From Oscillospiraceae bacterium (GTDB lineage: Bacteria > Bacillota > Clostridia > Oscillospirales > Oscillospiraceae), in the NCBI GenBank assembly GCA_902785905.1, contig CADAAM010000001.1, positions 27,320-91,319 on the forward strand: a stretch of 64,000 nt of DNA, read 5' to 3'. Positions 23,716 to 32,817 of this stretch are shown in pieces. The notes under the pieces are model-generated. The model was not told the DNA's origin. It did not search any database and worked only from the letters and a program-made list of their open reading frames with translations. Position numbers and translations under genes: made by a program. Numbering within the stretch: position 1 is the first letter of the stretch; each line of letters opens with the position of its first letter.

Positions 23716-23744
23716 TTTACAGTTTGCGTTTCTGCGGATATAAT
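23716..23744 (+). promoter_or_regulatory. Sigma-A-like promoter
   Basis: TTTACA, a 17-nt spacer, then TATAAT, about 60 nt upstream of the channel gene. Confidence 0.5.
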
Positions 23745-23804
23745 AAATAAAACATTCTGCGTATGTCGCTTTTTCCATCATTTCGGAGGGAGGAGGCAGA
23801 CGAC

Positions 23805-25358
23805 ATGAACAAACGAAACCGCCGGGTCCTTCTCTGGATTCTGGCTGCGGCGGCACTCTATCTGCTTCTGCTCTTCCTGTTGGTGGCGGCGGAGCGCAAT
23901 TACCCGGACGCGACGATCCGTACCATGGGCGATGCGTTCTGGTACTCGCTGATCACGCTGACCACGATCGGCTACGGCGACAAGGCCCCGGTCAGTATGT
24001 ACGGCAAGCTGATCGCCTCGATTTTCGTTCTGAGCAGCGTCGGCGTTCTGGCCGCGCTGATCGGTCTTGTCCTGCGGCTGGTCGGTGATATGCTGATCCC
24101 GCGCCTGCGCCTGAGACTCGGCAAAGGCCGCGTCTGGTACGCCTTCAGCGAGGAAAACGCAGATTCCGTGACGCTGGCCGCCGCGCTGAGCAGAAACGAC
24201 CCGGACTGTGTGCTGATCTTTCCGGACGGCGCAAAGGCGCGCAGCGATCTAAATGCCGTTCGATTGCGCTATACCGTCTCCGGTCTTCTTGATCTGCGCG
24301 GTGCAGCCGCCGGACTCTCCTGCTTCTGCATGGGTGCGGAGCCCTGGGCCAATTACGTCGCCGCCCTCGTTTCCGCCGGGCTCGGCGTGGAGACCTACTG
24401 CATGGCGGATGTGCGCGAGGAGAAGCTCCCGGCCTGTCTGCATCTGTTCAACCCCGCCGAGATCATGAGCCGCCGTTACTGGACGGAGCATCCCCTGAAA
24501 AAAGAGGAACGGCGCATTATCCTCGTGGGTTCCGGCGAAGCGGGCATGGCCCTTCTGGAACGGGCGCTGCTGACCAATGTATTTGAGACCGAGCGCGGTA
24601 TAGAGTACCATGTCTTCGGCGATGCGGGCGCTTTCTCTTCCCTTCACCCCGAGATCGTCGCCGCGCTCGACGGCTCACGGCCGTCCGGCGACAGGCTGAT
24701 TTTCCACAGTGAAAACTGGCCGGAGGCGCGCGGGCTTCTTCAAAGCGCTGACCGCGTGATTCTCTGCTGCGACGAGGATCAGGAGAATTTGCGAATCTGC
24801 ACGGAGCTCAAGAGCTGGTTTGTCAGTTCCGCCGCGCTGCATGTCAAGCTGCGCGACCCCGTCCCCGGTCTCATCAGCTTCGGCGGGCGCGTCGAATTTG
24901 AGACACCAGAATACGTCATGAAGGACGAGCTCAACCGCCGGGCAATTTTGATGAACGACATCTACAATGAGAGCGCGGCGCATCCCGTTCCCTGGCGCGA
25001 GCTGAGTCCCTTCCTGCAGCAGTCGAATATCGCGGCGGCAGATCACCTGATCGTCAAAGCCCGCTGTCTGCTGGACGACGATAGTTTGCGCGACCTGAGT
25101 CCGGAAATCTGTTCAAGGGCCTACGCGCGATACCGGGAAATCTATCCTGCCCGGGCCGATCTCCTGCAGGAGATGGAGCACAGGCGATGGATGCGCTTTT
25201 ATCAGATGTACAACTGGCAATACGCCCCGCAGCGCGACAACGCCCTGCGCCGTCATCCCCTCCTGCTGCCGTACGATAAGCTCAGCCAGGAGGACAGATT
25301 AAAGGACGCCTACGCCTGGGAGATGCTGGGCAGACTCGGTGAAAAAACGCCGTCCTGA
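23805..25358 (+). CDS. Potassium channel protein with cytoplasmic Rossmann-like region and C-terminal RyR domain
   Basis: Two TM helices flank the selectivity filter TLTTIGYGD. LVGSGEAG is a Rossmann-like motif. The C-terminal HRRWMRFYQMYNWQYAPQRDNALRRHPLLLPYDKLSQEDRLKDAYAW fits the RyR-domain pattern. The ATG at 23805 follows GGAGGGAGGAGG. Confidence 0.75.
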   Translation: MNKRNRRVLLWILAAAALYLLLLFLLVAAERNYPDATIRTMGDAFWYSLITLTTIGYGDKAPVSMYGKLIASIFVLSSVGVLAALIGLVLRLVGDMLIPRLRLRLGKGRVWYAFSEENADSVTLAAALSRNDPDCVLIFPDGAKARSDLNAVRLRYTVSGLLDLRGAAAGLSCFCMGAEPWANYVAALVSAGLGVETYCMADVREEKLPACLHLFNPAEIMSRRYWTEHPLKKEERRIILVGSGEAGMALLERALLTNVFETERGIEYHVFGDAGAFSSLHPEIVAALDGSRPSGDRLIFHSENWPEARGLLQSADRVILCCDEDQENLRICTELKSWFVSSAALHVKLRDPVPGLISFGGRVEFETPEYVMKDELNRRAILMNDIYNESAAHPVPWRELSPFLQQSNIAAADHLIVKARCLLDDDSLRDLSPEICSRAYARYREIYPARADLLQEMEHRRWMRFYQMYNWQYAPQRDNALRRHPLLLPYDKLSQEDRLKDAYAWEMLGRLGEKTPS

Positions 25359-25418
25359 GACAGTCCGGCCTCGAACTCACAGATGTCTGAATTTCAAGAT
25401 AAAGAGAGCGTACATGTT

Positions 25419-26390
25419 ATGAAAAAGATTCAAATTCTTTCCCTGCTTCTGATCGCCGTTCTTTTGGTCTGCGGCTGCAGCGCCGAACAGGCTCCTCAGC
25501 CCACGACCGCTCCGACGGTCGAACCCGCGCCCGCCGCCTCGGCGGAGCCCAAAACCGTCGCCGAGCCCACGCCCGTCGCGACGCCCACGCCCAAGCCTGT
25601 TTCGGCCGACGTACAGGTGCTGCTTGACCAAAACCAGGAGGTCTGGCGGGAGATCCATCGCCGCGACGGCATGGAAGGCCGTCTGCTGATCCCCTCGGCC
25701 AACATCAATGTCGCCCTCTTCACCTGGATCGACACGCCGGTATCGGCCGACGGCGGGGCGGATGATATCCTCCTGCAGGTGCGTCAGGCCATTGTGGACA
25801 ATGAGGACAGCGCCTCCCTGTATAACGACGGCTACGGCAACATCATCGCCGACCATTCCAACCAGGAGTTTTCCAAGCTCTCCGGCGTCTCACTGGGCGA
25901 TACGGCCTATCTTCTCGCAGGCGACCATATCATCAGCCTGGAGTGTGATCTGGTTACCGACGGCACCAACACGCTCAACGGCATCACCACCGCCGACGGC
26001 AAGCCCGCCAACGAGGGCGAGGATTATACCTGCTATACCTGTCTCGAAGACTGGACCCACGTTCTGATCGTTGGCTTCAAGATCACGGACCAGGATTCCG
26101 TCGACGTCGACCGCTTCGATCAGGGCGAGCAGCCTCAGCCCACGCCTGTGCCGACTCCGGCCGCAACCTCCATCCCCGTGCCCTCCACGACGCAGCCTCC
26201 CGTCCCCACGCCTATCTATACGCCGACCCGCTCCCCCGAGCCGACTGAGGAACCCGACAATGCGCCCGCGAGGCCCCAGCAGCCGGTTGACCCCGAAGCC
26301 TACTACGACGCGATCATCGGCGGCTATGACATGTATGCCGACGCGGCTTACAACTACACGGGCGGCGGCATCGACGACGGATATCTCTGA
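25419..26390 (+). CDS. Secreted lipoprotein with Pro/Thr-rich N- and C-terminal linkers, function unknown
   Basis: MKKIQILSLLLIAVLLVCGCSAEQ signal peptide and lipobox. Low-complexity PTP-rich stretches flank a globular core of about 150 aa. Confidence 0.6.
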   Translation: MKKIQILSLLLIAVLLVCGCSAEQAPQPTTAPTVEPAPAASAEPKTVAEPTPVATPTPKPVSADVQVLLDQNQEVWREIHRRDGMEGRLLIPSANINVALFTWIDTPVSADGGADDILLQVRQAIVDNEDSASLYNDGYGNIIADHSNQEFSKLSGVSLGDTAYLLAGDHIISLECDLVTDGTNTLNGITTADGKPANEGEDYTCYTCLEDWTHVLIVGFKITDQDSVDVDRFDQGEQPQPTPVPTPAATSIPVPSTTQPPVPTPIYTPTRSPEPTEEPDNAPARPQQPVDPEAYYDAIIGGYDMYADAAYNYTGGGIDDGYL

Positions 26391-26396
26391 TACTAT

Positions 26397-26430
26397 TTTT
26401 CAATAAAAAGTCGACACTTTTTATTGAAAA
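26397..26430. terminator. AT-rich perfect palindrome (15-nt arms), likely a bidirectional terminator
   Basis: ttttcaataaaaagt cgac actttttattgaaaa. It lies directly after the lipoprotein stop codon. Confidence 0.5.
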
Positions 26431-26488
26431 GATGCCACCTGCGGCGGCATACAGTTGCTGACGCAACTGACGTCTCATACGATTTTCA
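26407..26488. repeat. Left copy of a perfect 82-bp inverted repeat (partner at 35963-36044)
   Basis: Checked base by base: the reverse complement of 35963-36044 equals 26407-26488 (82/82). It contains the internal hairpin cagttgc-tgac-gcaactg. Confidence 0.9.
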
Positions 26489-26592
26489 GTTGTCTACTTT
26501 TTAATGAAAATCAGTATGATACTGTTTCCTGATTGTACTTTTCAGTGCGAAACGCTGAAAAGCACCGATAAAACTTTCATTCTGAACGCAGA

Positions 26593-26640
26593 GAAGGATC
26601 TTTCCCCAGAGCTTCAAAACCTGCCTGGGAAAGATCCTTC
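26593..26640 (-). terminator. Hairpin downstream of the aminotransferase gene
   Basis: 14-bp stem gaaggatctttccc / gggaaagatccttc with a 20-nt loop. There is no clean U-tract. Confidence 0.45.
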
Positions 26641-26670
26641 GCTTTGTTCAGGATGATTTATTATTCTGCT

Positions 26671-27951
26671 TTATTCAGCCAGGAGCTTTTCCAGCGCCGC
26701 GATGCGCTGGCAGAGGCAGAAGACCTCCATGCTGCCGTAGAGCTCGCTGATGGACGGGAAGGACGGGGCGATGCGGATGTTTTTGTCCTCCGGGTCCCTG
26801 CCGTAGGGGAAGGGCGCGCCCGCGTTGGTGAGCTTGACGCCCGCCTCGGCGCAGAGGGCGACACAGCGCCTGGCCGTGCCGGGCAGACCGTCATAGCTGA
26901 TAAAGTAGCCGCCGTTGGGATTGGTCCAGGTGCCGATGCCGTATTCGCTCAGACCGCTTTCCAGCGCAGAGAGGACAAAATCGAACTTGGGCCGCAGATA
27001 GTCGGCCTGCTTCTTCATGTGGGCCTTGATGCCGTCGACGCTCTTGAGATAGTGGACATGACGGACCTGATTGATCTTGTCGTAGCCGATGGTCTGCACG
27101 CCGATCTGCTTGAGCAGGAACTTCACGTTGTTCACGCTTGCGGCGAGAACAGCCACGCCCGCGCCGGAGAAGGTGATCTTGCTGGTGGACATGAACTCGT
27201 AGACCATATCCTCGCTGCCGTACTCTTTGCAGGCGTCGAAGATGTTCAGCAGCTCGTCGTCCTTATCACGGAAACCGTGGACGATGTAGGCGTTGTCCCA
27301 GAAGATGCGGAAGTCATCAGCCGCAGGCTTGAGCGCGGCGAAGGCGCGCACGGTCTCGGCCGAGTAGGTGTAACCCTGTGGGTTGGAGTACTTGGGCACG
27401 CACCAGATGCCCTTGACGGAGGGATCTGTTTCGACATACTGACGCACAAGCTCCATATCCGGGCCGTCGGGCGTCATGGGGATGTTGATCATCTCGATGC
27501 CGAACTCCTCGCAGATGCGGAAGTGCCTGTCATAGCCCGGCACAGGGCAGAGGAAACGGAGCTGGCCCTGCTGTCCCCAGGGCTTGCTGCCGCCGTATAC
27601 CCCGAGAAGCAGCGCCTTGATCACACAGTCATACATCAGCGCGAGGCTGGACTGACCACCCATGATGACGTTTTCCATCGGCACGCCCAGCAGATCGCCG
27701 AAGAGCTCCTTGGCCTCGTCCACGCCCGCAAGCTCGCCATAATTGCGCACGTCGGTGCCCTTGCGGCTGTAGATCAGCTCATAGGGGTTCTGGCTGAGCA
27801 TATCCATACTGAGATTGAGCTGTGTGGGATCGGGCTTGCCACGGGACATGTCGAGCTTCAGCCCGCGCGCCTTGACCGACTCAAACTTTGTCAGTAGGGC
27901 GTCAAGCTCGGCATGCATCTCGTCTTTGTTCATGGTCAGATACTTGTTCAT
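26671..27951 (-). CDS. PLP-dependent aminotransferase (aspartate-aminotransferase-like, class I/II fold)
   Basis: 426 aa with the N-terminal LDMSRGKPDPTQL motif typical of this aminotransferase family. Confidence 0.75.
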   Translation of the reverse strand: MNKYLTMNKDEMHAELDALLTKFESVKARGLKLDMSRGKPDPTQLNLSMDMLSQNPYELIYSRKGTDVRNYGELAGVDEAKELFGDLLGVPMENVIMGGQSSLALMYDCVIKALLLGVYGGSKPWGQQGQLRFLCPVPGYDRHFRICEEFGIEMINIPMTPDGPDMELVRQYVETDPSVKGIWCVPKYSNPQGYTYSAETVRAFAALKPAADDFRIFWDNAYIVHGFRDKDDELLNIFDACKEYGSEDMVYEFMSTSKITFSGAGVAVLAASVNNVKFLLKQIGVQTIGYDKINQVRHVHYLKSVDGIKAHMKKQADYLRPKFDFVLSALESGLSEYGIGTWTNPNGGYFISYDGLPGTARRCVALCAEAGVKLTNAGAPFPYGRDPEDKNIRIAPSFPSISELYGSMEVFCLCQRIAALEKLLAE

Positions 27952-27986
27952 ATGTTATCCCTCGTTTTGAAAAAATGGATTTTGCA

Positions 27987-28796
27987 TTATTCTATGATCG
28001 GCGCCGGCTGAAAATCCCTGCCGTCAAACTGCCAGATCTCCGTAAAGCCGCAGGACAGCGCCAGCTTTTCACACTGGTCAAAGGCATAGTCGATGTGAGC
28101 TGCACAGTGGGCGTCCGAGCTGATGCAGATTCGCCCGCCGACGCTCTTCAGATGACGCAGCAGCTCCTCCGACGGATAGGGTGACGTACGCCACCCGCGG
28201 CACATGGCGCCGGCGTTGATCTCAAAGATCTTGCCCGCCGCGTTCAGCTTGTCCATCGCAGCGAAGGCGGCGTCCCGATAGGCTTTGGACGCGGTATCGT
28301 AGAGCGGCATGCGTTCGTTGAACTTGGTCGGCAGATCAAAGTGTCCGACGATGGCCACCTCGGGATACTCCGCCAGGGTGCTCAGCTTCTCATAATACAT
28401 CCGGGCCGTATAAGCCGCGCCCCCATGGTAGGCGATCAGGTGCGCCGCCGTGTCCGGATCATAGTCAAAGGGGATCTCGCTGAGCATGTGGCAGGAGCCG
28501 ATGATGTAGTCATAGGGCGGCACGGAGCGGCGGGCCGCGTCCAGATCGTATTCCAGACCGCACCAGACCTCAAGCCTCCCGGCGTAGAGCTCCCGGAGGC
28601 GATGCATTTCCTCGATAAACGTCCCCTCGTCCGAGGGGGCACAGCACCAGGCTTCCTCCCCGGGAATAGGGCAGTGCAGGCTGATGCCGACAGACGCAAG
28701 GCCTGCCTTTTCAGCCGCGCGGACCATCGTTTCAGGGCTGTCGGCCCCGTCGTCAAAGTTCGTATGACAGTGCAGATTCTGACGCTTCATCTCCAC
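27987..28796 (-). CDS. PHP-domain phosphoesterase (histidinol-phosphatase HisJ family-like)
   Basis: N-terminal LHCHTNFDDG metal-binding motif and further His/Asp motifs (GHFD, SSDAH). 269 aa. Confidence 0.7.
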   Translation of the reverse strand: MEMKRQNLHCHTNFDDGADSPETMVRAAEKAGLASVGISLHCPIPGEEAWCCAPSDEGTFIEEMHRLRELYAGRLEVWCGLEYDLDAARRSVPPYDYIIGSCHMLSEIPFDYDPDTAAHLIAYHGGAAYTARMYYEKLSTLAEYPEVAIVGHFDLPTKFNERMPLYDTASKAYRDAAFAAMDKLNAAGKIFEINAGAMCRGWRTSPYPSEELLRHLKSVGGRICISSDAHCAAHIDYAFDQCEKLALSCGFTEIWQFDGRDFQPAPIIE

Positions 28797-28886
28797 CGTC
28801 CTCCTTTATCAAAAAATTCAAAATATATTTTAACGATTCAACGGGCCCCTGTCAAGGTTTTCTCGGACGCCAGCCCCGGTCTTCTT

Positions 28887-30320
28887 TTATTTCTGCGTGA
28901 CGGGCGCATTGTCCGCCGCGCGGCACAGCTCGGCAAGGCAGACCAGAAGCGCCAGAATGCTGACGCAGAGGGCCCTGCATGTAAAATAATAATGGACGTA
29001 ACTGTGGTTGACCGTCAGGCAGAACCAGACAAAAGGCAGCAGGCCCACAAGGAGATAGGGCAGAACGATGCGCAGGCCCTCCTTCTCCCCCGTTCTTCTG
29101 CGCCTGACGAGGCGGAATATCATGACAGCCGCATAAAGAGCGGCCGGTACGGCCAGAGGTGAGCGGAAGAAGCCGACCGTGACCATGCGCAGGCAGGAGG
29201 CCGTCGAAATGGCGGGCGCGTTGCCCGGCATCGCGTGAGAGGTTCTGAAGCGAATGTTGTTCCACGCGTCCAGGATCACGTTCTCGTCGGTCAGGAGACT
29301 CGCGATCCCCCATTTGAGCGCCCACATCCCGGCATAGCCGAAGCACCAGCCGAGCCCTGCGCGCACGAGGAAGGCCAGCTTCCATTCCGCCGTCTCCCTT
29401 CTCATCAGTGACAGCGCCAGAATGGCGGGCACGCCGAAGGTTGCAGCGGGATAGGTGAGAAAATCGAAATAGGCCGTCGCGATCCCGGCATACAGAAAGA
29501 GACCTGTGAGCCTGTCCCTGTCCTGATCGGCGGACAGGCAGGCGTGAGATGATAAAAGCAGGATATAGAAGCAGGAGGAAAACTGAAAGCTCTTCGCCAG
29601 TGACAGCGGCATCAGCAGCAGATACATCAGAAGCCAGGGCAGGATCAGCTCCCGCCTGTTTTTCTTCGCCATGCGCCAAAACAGGAGCAGGACCAGAAGC
29701 ACCTGGATCACGCCGTTGAGGATGCGCATATTTCCGTAATGCGTCAGGGCGAGCAGGGGCTTGACATAGAGCAGGTAGCCGTGCCAGTAGCGCGGATAGC
29801 TTGTGACACCGGAAAAGGACAGCCCCAGCACATAGCGGCCGACCGGGTCGAGTATGCTGTCATCCTTGCCGTTCGGGTCCTCCGACGCGGAGGCAAATAT
29901 CCCGCGCGGCACCAGCAGCGCCCTCTGCAGCGTCGGCAAGGCGCTCTTGTCCGAGGCCTCCATGAACATGACGGAATCCGTCGTGTTGTCGAGATAGCTC
30001 GTGGCCCACCGGCGCGAGATAAGCGGATAGGTCCCCTCCCGCGCGAAGATCTCCGCCGTAGCGGGCATATGCGCCTCCATGGGCTCAGCCGGCAGCAGAT
30101 AGACGCCGCACAGCAGCAGGACGCCCGCAAAAGCGCAGAGCAAAAGCGTCAGGAGGGAGAAGTGGATGCCTCGCGCCGTGAACATGCCGCGCAGCGCCGA
30201 CCAAAACATCCGCAGGTCAAAGCCCGTATCCGGTGTTCTCACTGCGGCGTATCCGTCTGTCCCTCTTCTGTCCTTTTTGCTTTCGCTCTGTTTCATTTTA
30301 TACTTGTCCGACCGCTTCAA
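28887..30320 (-). CDS. Polytopic membrane protein of unknown function (477 aa)
   Basis: At least 9 hydrophobic segments and one large loop. Its start overlaps the glutaredoxin-like gene stop. No family was recognised. Confidence 0.55.
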   Translation of the reverse strand: MKRSDKYKMKQSESKKDRRGTDGYAAVRTPDTGFDLRMFWSALRGMFTARGIHFSLLTLLLCAFAGVLLLCGVYLLPAEPMEAHMPATAEIFAREGTYPLISRRWATSYLDNTTDSVMFMEASDKSALPTLQRALLVPRGIFASASEDPNGKDDSILDPVGRYVLGLSFSGVTSYPRYWHGYLLYVKPLLALTHYGNMRILNGVIQVLLVLLLFWRMAKKNRRELILPWLLMYLLLMPLSLAKSFQFSSCFYILLLSSHACLSADQDRDRLTGLFLYAGIATAYFDFLTYPAATFGVPAILALSLMRRETAEWKLAFLVRAGLGWCFGYAGMWALKWGIASLLTDENVILDAWNNIRFRTSHAMPGNAPAISTASCLRMVTVGFFRSPLAVPAALYAAVMIFRLVRRRRTGEKEGLRIVLPYLLVGLLPFVWFCLTVNHSYVHYYFTCRALCVSILALLVCLAELCRAADNAPVTQK

Positions 30321-30598
30321 CGCGCGAGCGCCCGGTCGAAGGCCTCCCTGAAATGTTCCCTGATCACGGCGTAGCTGTGGGTAAAATGCGCCTCATAGAG
30401 TTTTTCCCCATCCAGATAGATCGTCGGCACGCTGTAATAGTCGCGCGTCCCGGCAAGCTCCGGCTCCTCGCTCTCCTCGATCCAGCGAAGGGAGACATCC
30501 TCATAGGCAGGGTTTTCTTCCCTCAGCTCCGCGACGGCCCTCTGCGCATTTCGGCAATAGGGACAGTCCGCCAGATAAAAGACCTCAAGTTCTCTCAT
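30317..30598 (-). CDS. Glutaredoxin-like protein
   Basis: 93 aa with the CPYC active-site motif near the N terminus and a thioredoxin-fold pattern (VPTIYLDG). Confidence 0.7.
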   Translation of the reverse strand: MRELEVFYLADCPYCRNAQRAVAELREENPAYEDVSLRWIEESEEPELAGTRDYYSVPTIYLDGEKLYEAHFTHSYAVIREHFREAFDRALAR

Positions 30599-30604
30599 AC
30601 GCTC

Positions 30605-31147
30605 TTAGTAGTTTTCGGCGTTGATCTCAAAGTAGGCCTGCGGATGGGCGCAGACAGGGCAGATCTCGGGGGCACTGGTCCCGACGACGATGTGGCCGCA
30701 GTTGCGGCATTCCCAGACCTTGACCTCGCTTTTGGCGAAGACTTCCTGCGCCTCGACGTTCTTCAGCAGGGCGCGGTAGCGCTCCTCATGGTGCTTCTCG
30801 ATGGCGGCGACGCCGCGGAACTTCTCGGCAAGCTCCGGGAAGCCCTCCTCCTCGGCTGTTCTGGCGAAGCCCTCATACATGTCGGTCCACTCATAGTTCT
30901 CCCCGTCGGCCGCGGCGGCGAGGTTTTCGGCCGTGCTGCCGATGCCGTTTAATTCCTTGAACCAGAGCTTGGCGTGCTCTTTCTCGTTCTCGGCAGTCTT
31001 GAGGAAGAGGGCCGCGATCTGCTCAAAGCCCTCCTTCTTTGCCTTGGAGGCAAAGTAGGTATACTTGTTTCTGGCCTGCGACTCGCCCGCGAAGGCGGCC
31101 TCCAGGTTCTTTTCTGTCTGTGTTCCGGCGTAAGGATTTTTGGACAT
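30605..31147 (-). CDS. rbr: Rubrerythrin
   Basis: Ferritin-like di-iron helices ([16 protein letters not shown]) plus a C-terminal rubredoxin CRNCG...CPVC. Confidence 0.9.
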   Translation of the reverse strand: MSKNPYAGTQTEKNLEAAFAGESQARNKYTYFASKAKKEGFEQIAALFLKTAENEKEHAKLWFKELNGIGSTAENLAAAADGENYEWTDMYEGFARTAEEEGFPELAEKFRGVAAIEKHHEERYRALLKNVEAQEVFAKSEVKVWECRNCGHIVVGTSAPEICPVCAHPQAYFEINAENY

Positions 31148-31170
31148 GTTGAATACCTCCTGTCAGAATA

Positions 31171-32544
31171 TTAGAAAAGCAGCGCGTTTGCGATGGTGAA
31201 ATACACCAGCAGGGAAAGGGCGTCGACGATGGTGGTGATGAAGGGACTCGCCATGACGGCGGGGTCGAAGCCGATCTTCTTCGCGGCCATGGGCAGGGTG
31301 CAGCCCACGATCTTCGCGATCAGCACCGTGACGGCCATCGTGGCGCAGACGACAAACGCGGTCATCACGGAGATGGAAGTATTGCCGAGGATGAGGCGGT
31401 CGAAGACCATGATCTTGCCGAAGCACAGCGTCGCGAGGGCCACGCCGCAGAGGACCGCGGTCTGGATCTCCTTCCAGACGACTTTGGGCAGATCGTTCAG
31501 CTCCAGCTCGCCGAGGGACAGGGCGCGGATGACGGTGACGGAGGCCTGGGAGCCCGAGTTGCCGCCCGTATCCATGAGCATGGGGATGAAGGCCGTGAGC
31601 ACCACCTGGGCGGAAAGGGCGCTTTCAAAGCCGGTGATGATCATGCCGGTAAAGGTGGCCGAGACCATCAGCAGCATGAGCCAGGGGATACGGTGCTTGA
31701 AGAGGTCCCAGGCGTCGGAGCGCAGATAGGTCTTCTCCGACGGAAGCATACCGGCCATCTTCTCGATATCCTCTGTGGTCTCTTCGACAAGGACGTCCAT
31801 GGCGTCGTCGAAGGTGACAATACCGACCATGCGGTTGTCCGCATCCACCACAGGCAGGGCGAGGAAGTTGTACTTGGACAGCATCTGCGCCACTTCCTCC
31901 TGGTCGGTCAGGGTGTTGACGCAGATGACATGCTCGTCCATGATTTCCGAGACGGGGGTGTTCTGATCCTGGGCAAGGAGCAGATCCTTGGCCGAGACGG
32001 TGCCCAGGATGCGCCGTTCCTCGGTGACGTAGCAGGTATAAATAGTCTCCTTGTCGATGCCGGTGCGGCGGATGCGCTGCAGGGCCTCGGCAATGGTCAT
32101 GTTCGGGCGCAGGGAGACATATTCCGTGGTCATGATGGACCCGGCGGAGTTGTCGGGATAGCGCAGGATCTCGTTGATCTCCTTGCGCATCTGGGGATCG
32201 GCCTGAGCCAGGATGCGCTTGACGACGCTCGCCGGCATCTCCTCTACGAGGTCGGCCGCGTCGTCGACGTAGAGCTCGCTGACGAGCTCGTGCAGCTCCT
32301 TATCCGAGAAGCCGGTGATCAGGTGCTCCTGCAGCTCGGGGCTCAATTCGGCGAAGGCCTCCGCCGCCAGCTCCTTCGGCAGCAGGCGGAACAGGAGCGG
32401 GGTGCGCTCCTCGTCCATATCCTCGAACACGGCGGCCACGTCCGCCCCGTTCATAGTGGTCAAAACATCTTTCAGCGTCTGGTACTTTTTCTCTTCCAGA
32501 AGCTTTTTCAGGGATTTCTCAAGTGCGGCAACATGCTCTGCCAT
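31171..32544 (-). CDS. mgtE: Magnesium transporter MgtE
   Basis: N-domain, acidic YVDDAADLVEEM motif, tandem CBS domains and five C-terminal TM helices. 457 aa. Confidence 0.95.
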   Translation of the reverse strand: MAEHVAALEKSLKKLLEEKKYQTLKDVLTTMNGADVAAVFEDMDEERTPLLFRLLPKELAAEAFAELSPELQEHLITGFSDKELHELVSELYVDDAADLVEEMPASVVKRILAQADPQMRKEINEILRYPDNSAGSIMTTEYVSLRPNMTIAEALQRIRRTGIDKETIYTCYVTEERRILGTVSAKDLLLAQDQNTPVSEIMDEHVICVNTLTDQEEVAQMLSKYNFLALPVVDADNRMVGIVTFDDAMDVLVEETTEDIEKMAGMLPSEKTYLRSDAWDLFKHRIPWLMLLMVSATFTGMIITGFESALSAQVVLTAFIPMLMDTGGNSGSQASVTVIRALSLGELELNDLPKVVWKEIQTAVLCGVALATLCFGKIMVFDRLILGNTSISVMTAFVVCATMAVTVLIAKIVGCTLPMAAKKIGFDPAVMASPFITTIVDALSLLVYFTIANALLF

Positions 32545-32746
32545 CGGGTATTCCTCCTCTTCAACATTTCCCCTTTGACGGGGTGGGAAACCGACGGGCA
32601 GACAGAAGTCCTCCTGTTATAAAACTGCGGAAACGCCCTGTGCGTTCCGCAATCGACTTCGGCCTGCCGTTGAGCCGGTACTGCTTCCTGCCTCCATGGC
32701 GTTTCCTCCTTTTTTCCTGATTGTGGGGCAAAACCCCATTACAAGG
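32545..32746 (-). promoter_or_regulatory. Long mgtE 5' leader, possibly a divergent M-box (Mg2+) riboswitch
   Basis: About 200-nt leader. On the minus strand GGAGGC ... GGCAGGCCGAAGUCG ... GGAACGCACAGGG ... AUAACAGGAGG occur in the same order as the M-box blocks GGUGAGGC, CUGCCC-AAA-GUCG, GACGCCAAUGGG and AACAGG. The match is only partial and the 3' GUGCUAAAGCUC block was not found. Confidence 0.35.
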
Positions 32747-32776
32747 ATTTTACCCTTTTTCATACGCTTTTGTCAA
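32747..32776 (-). promoter_or_regulatory. Sigma-A-like promoter for mgtE
   Basis: On the minus strand: TTGACA, an 18-nt spacer, then TAAAAT. Confidence 0.45.
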
Positions 32777-32817
32777 CCTATAACCGCCAATTCTTATCCG
32801 TGTCGAATATGTGCCGC

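Noticed and set aside
25700-26060. Calling the lipoprotein core a sortase
   Set aside because: The His and Cys motif order is suggestive, but the conserved catalytic Arg and the TLxTC context are not evident. It is kept only as a low-interest note.
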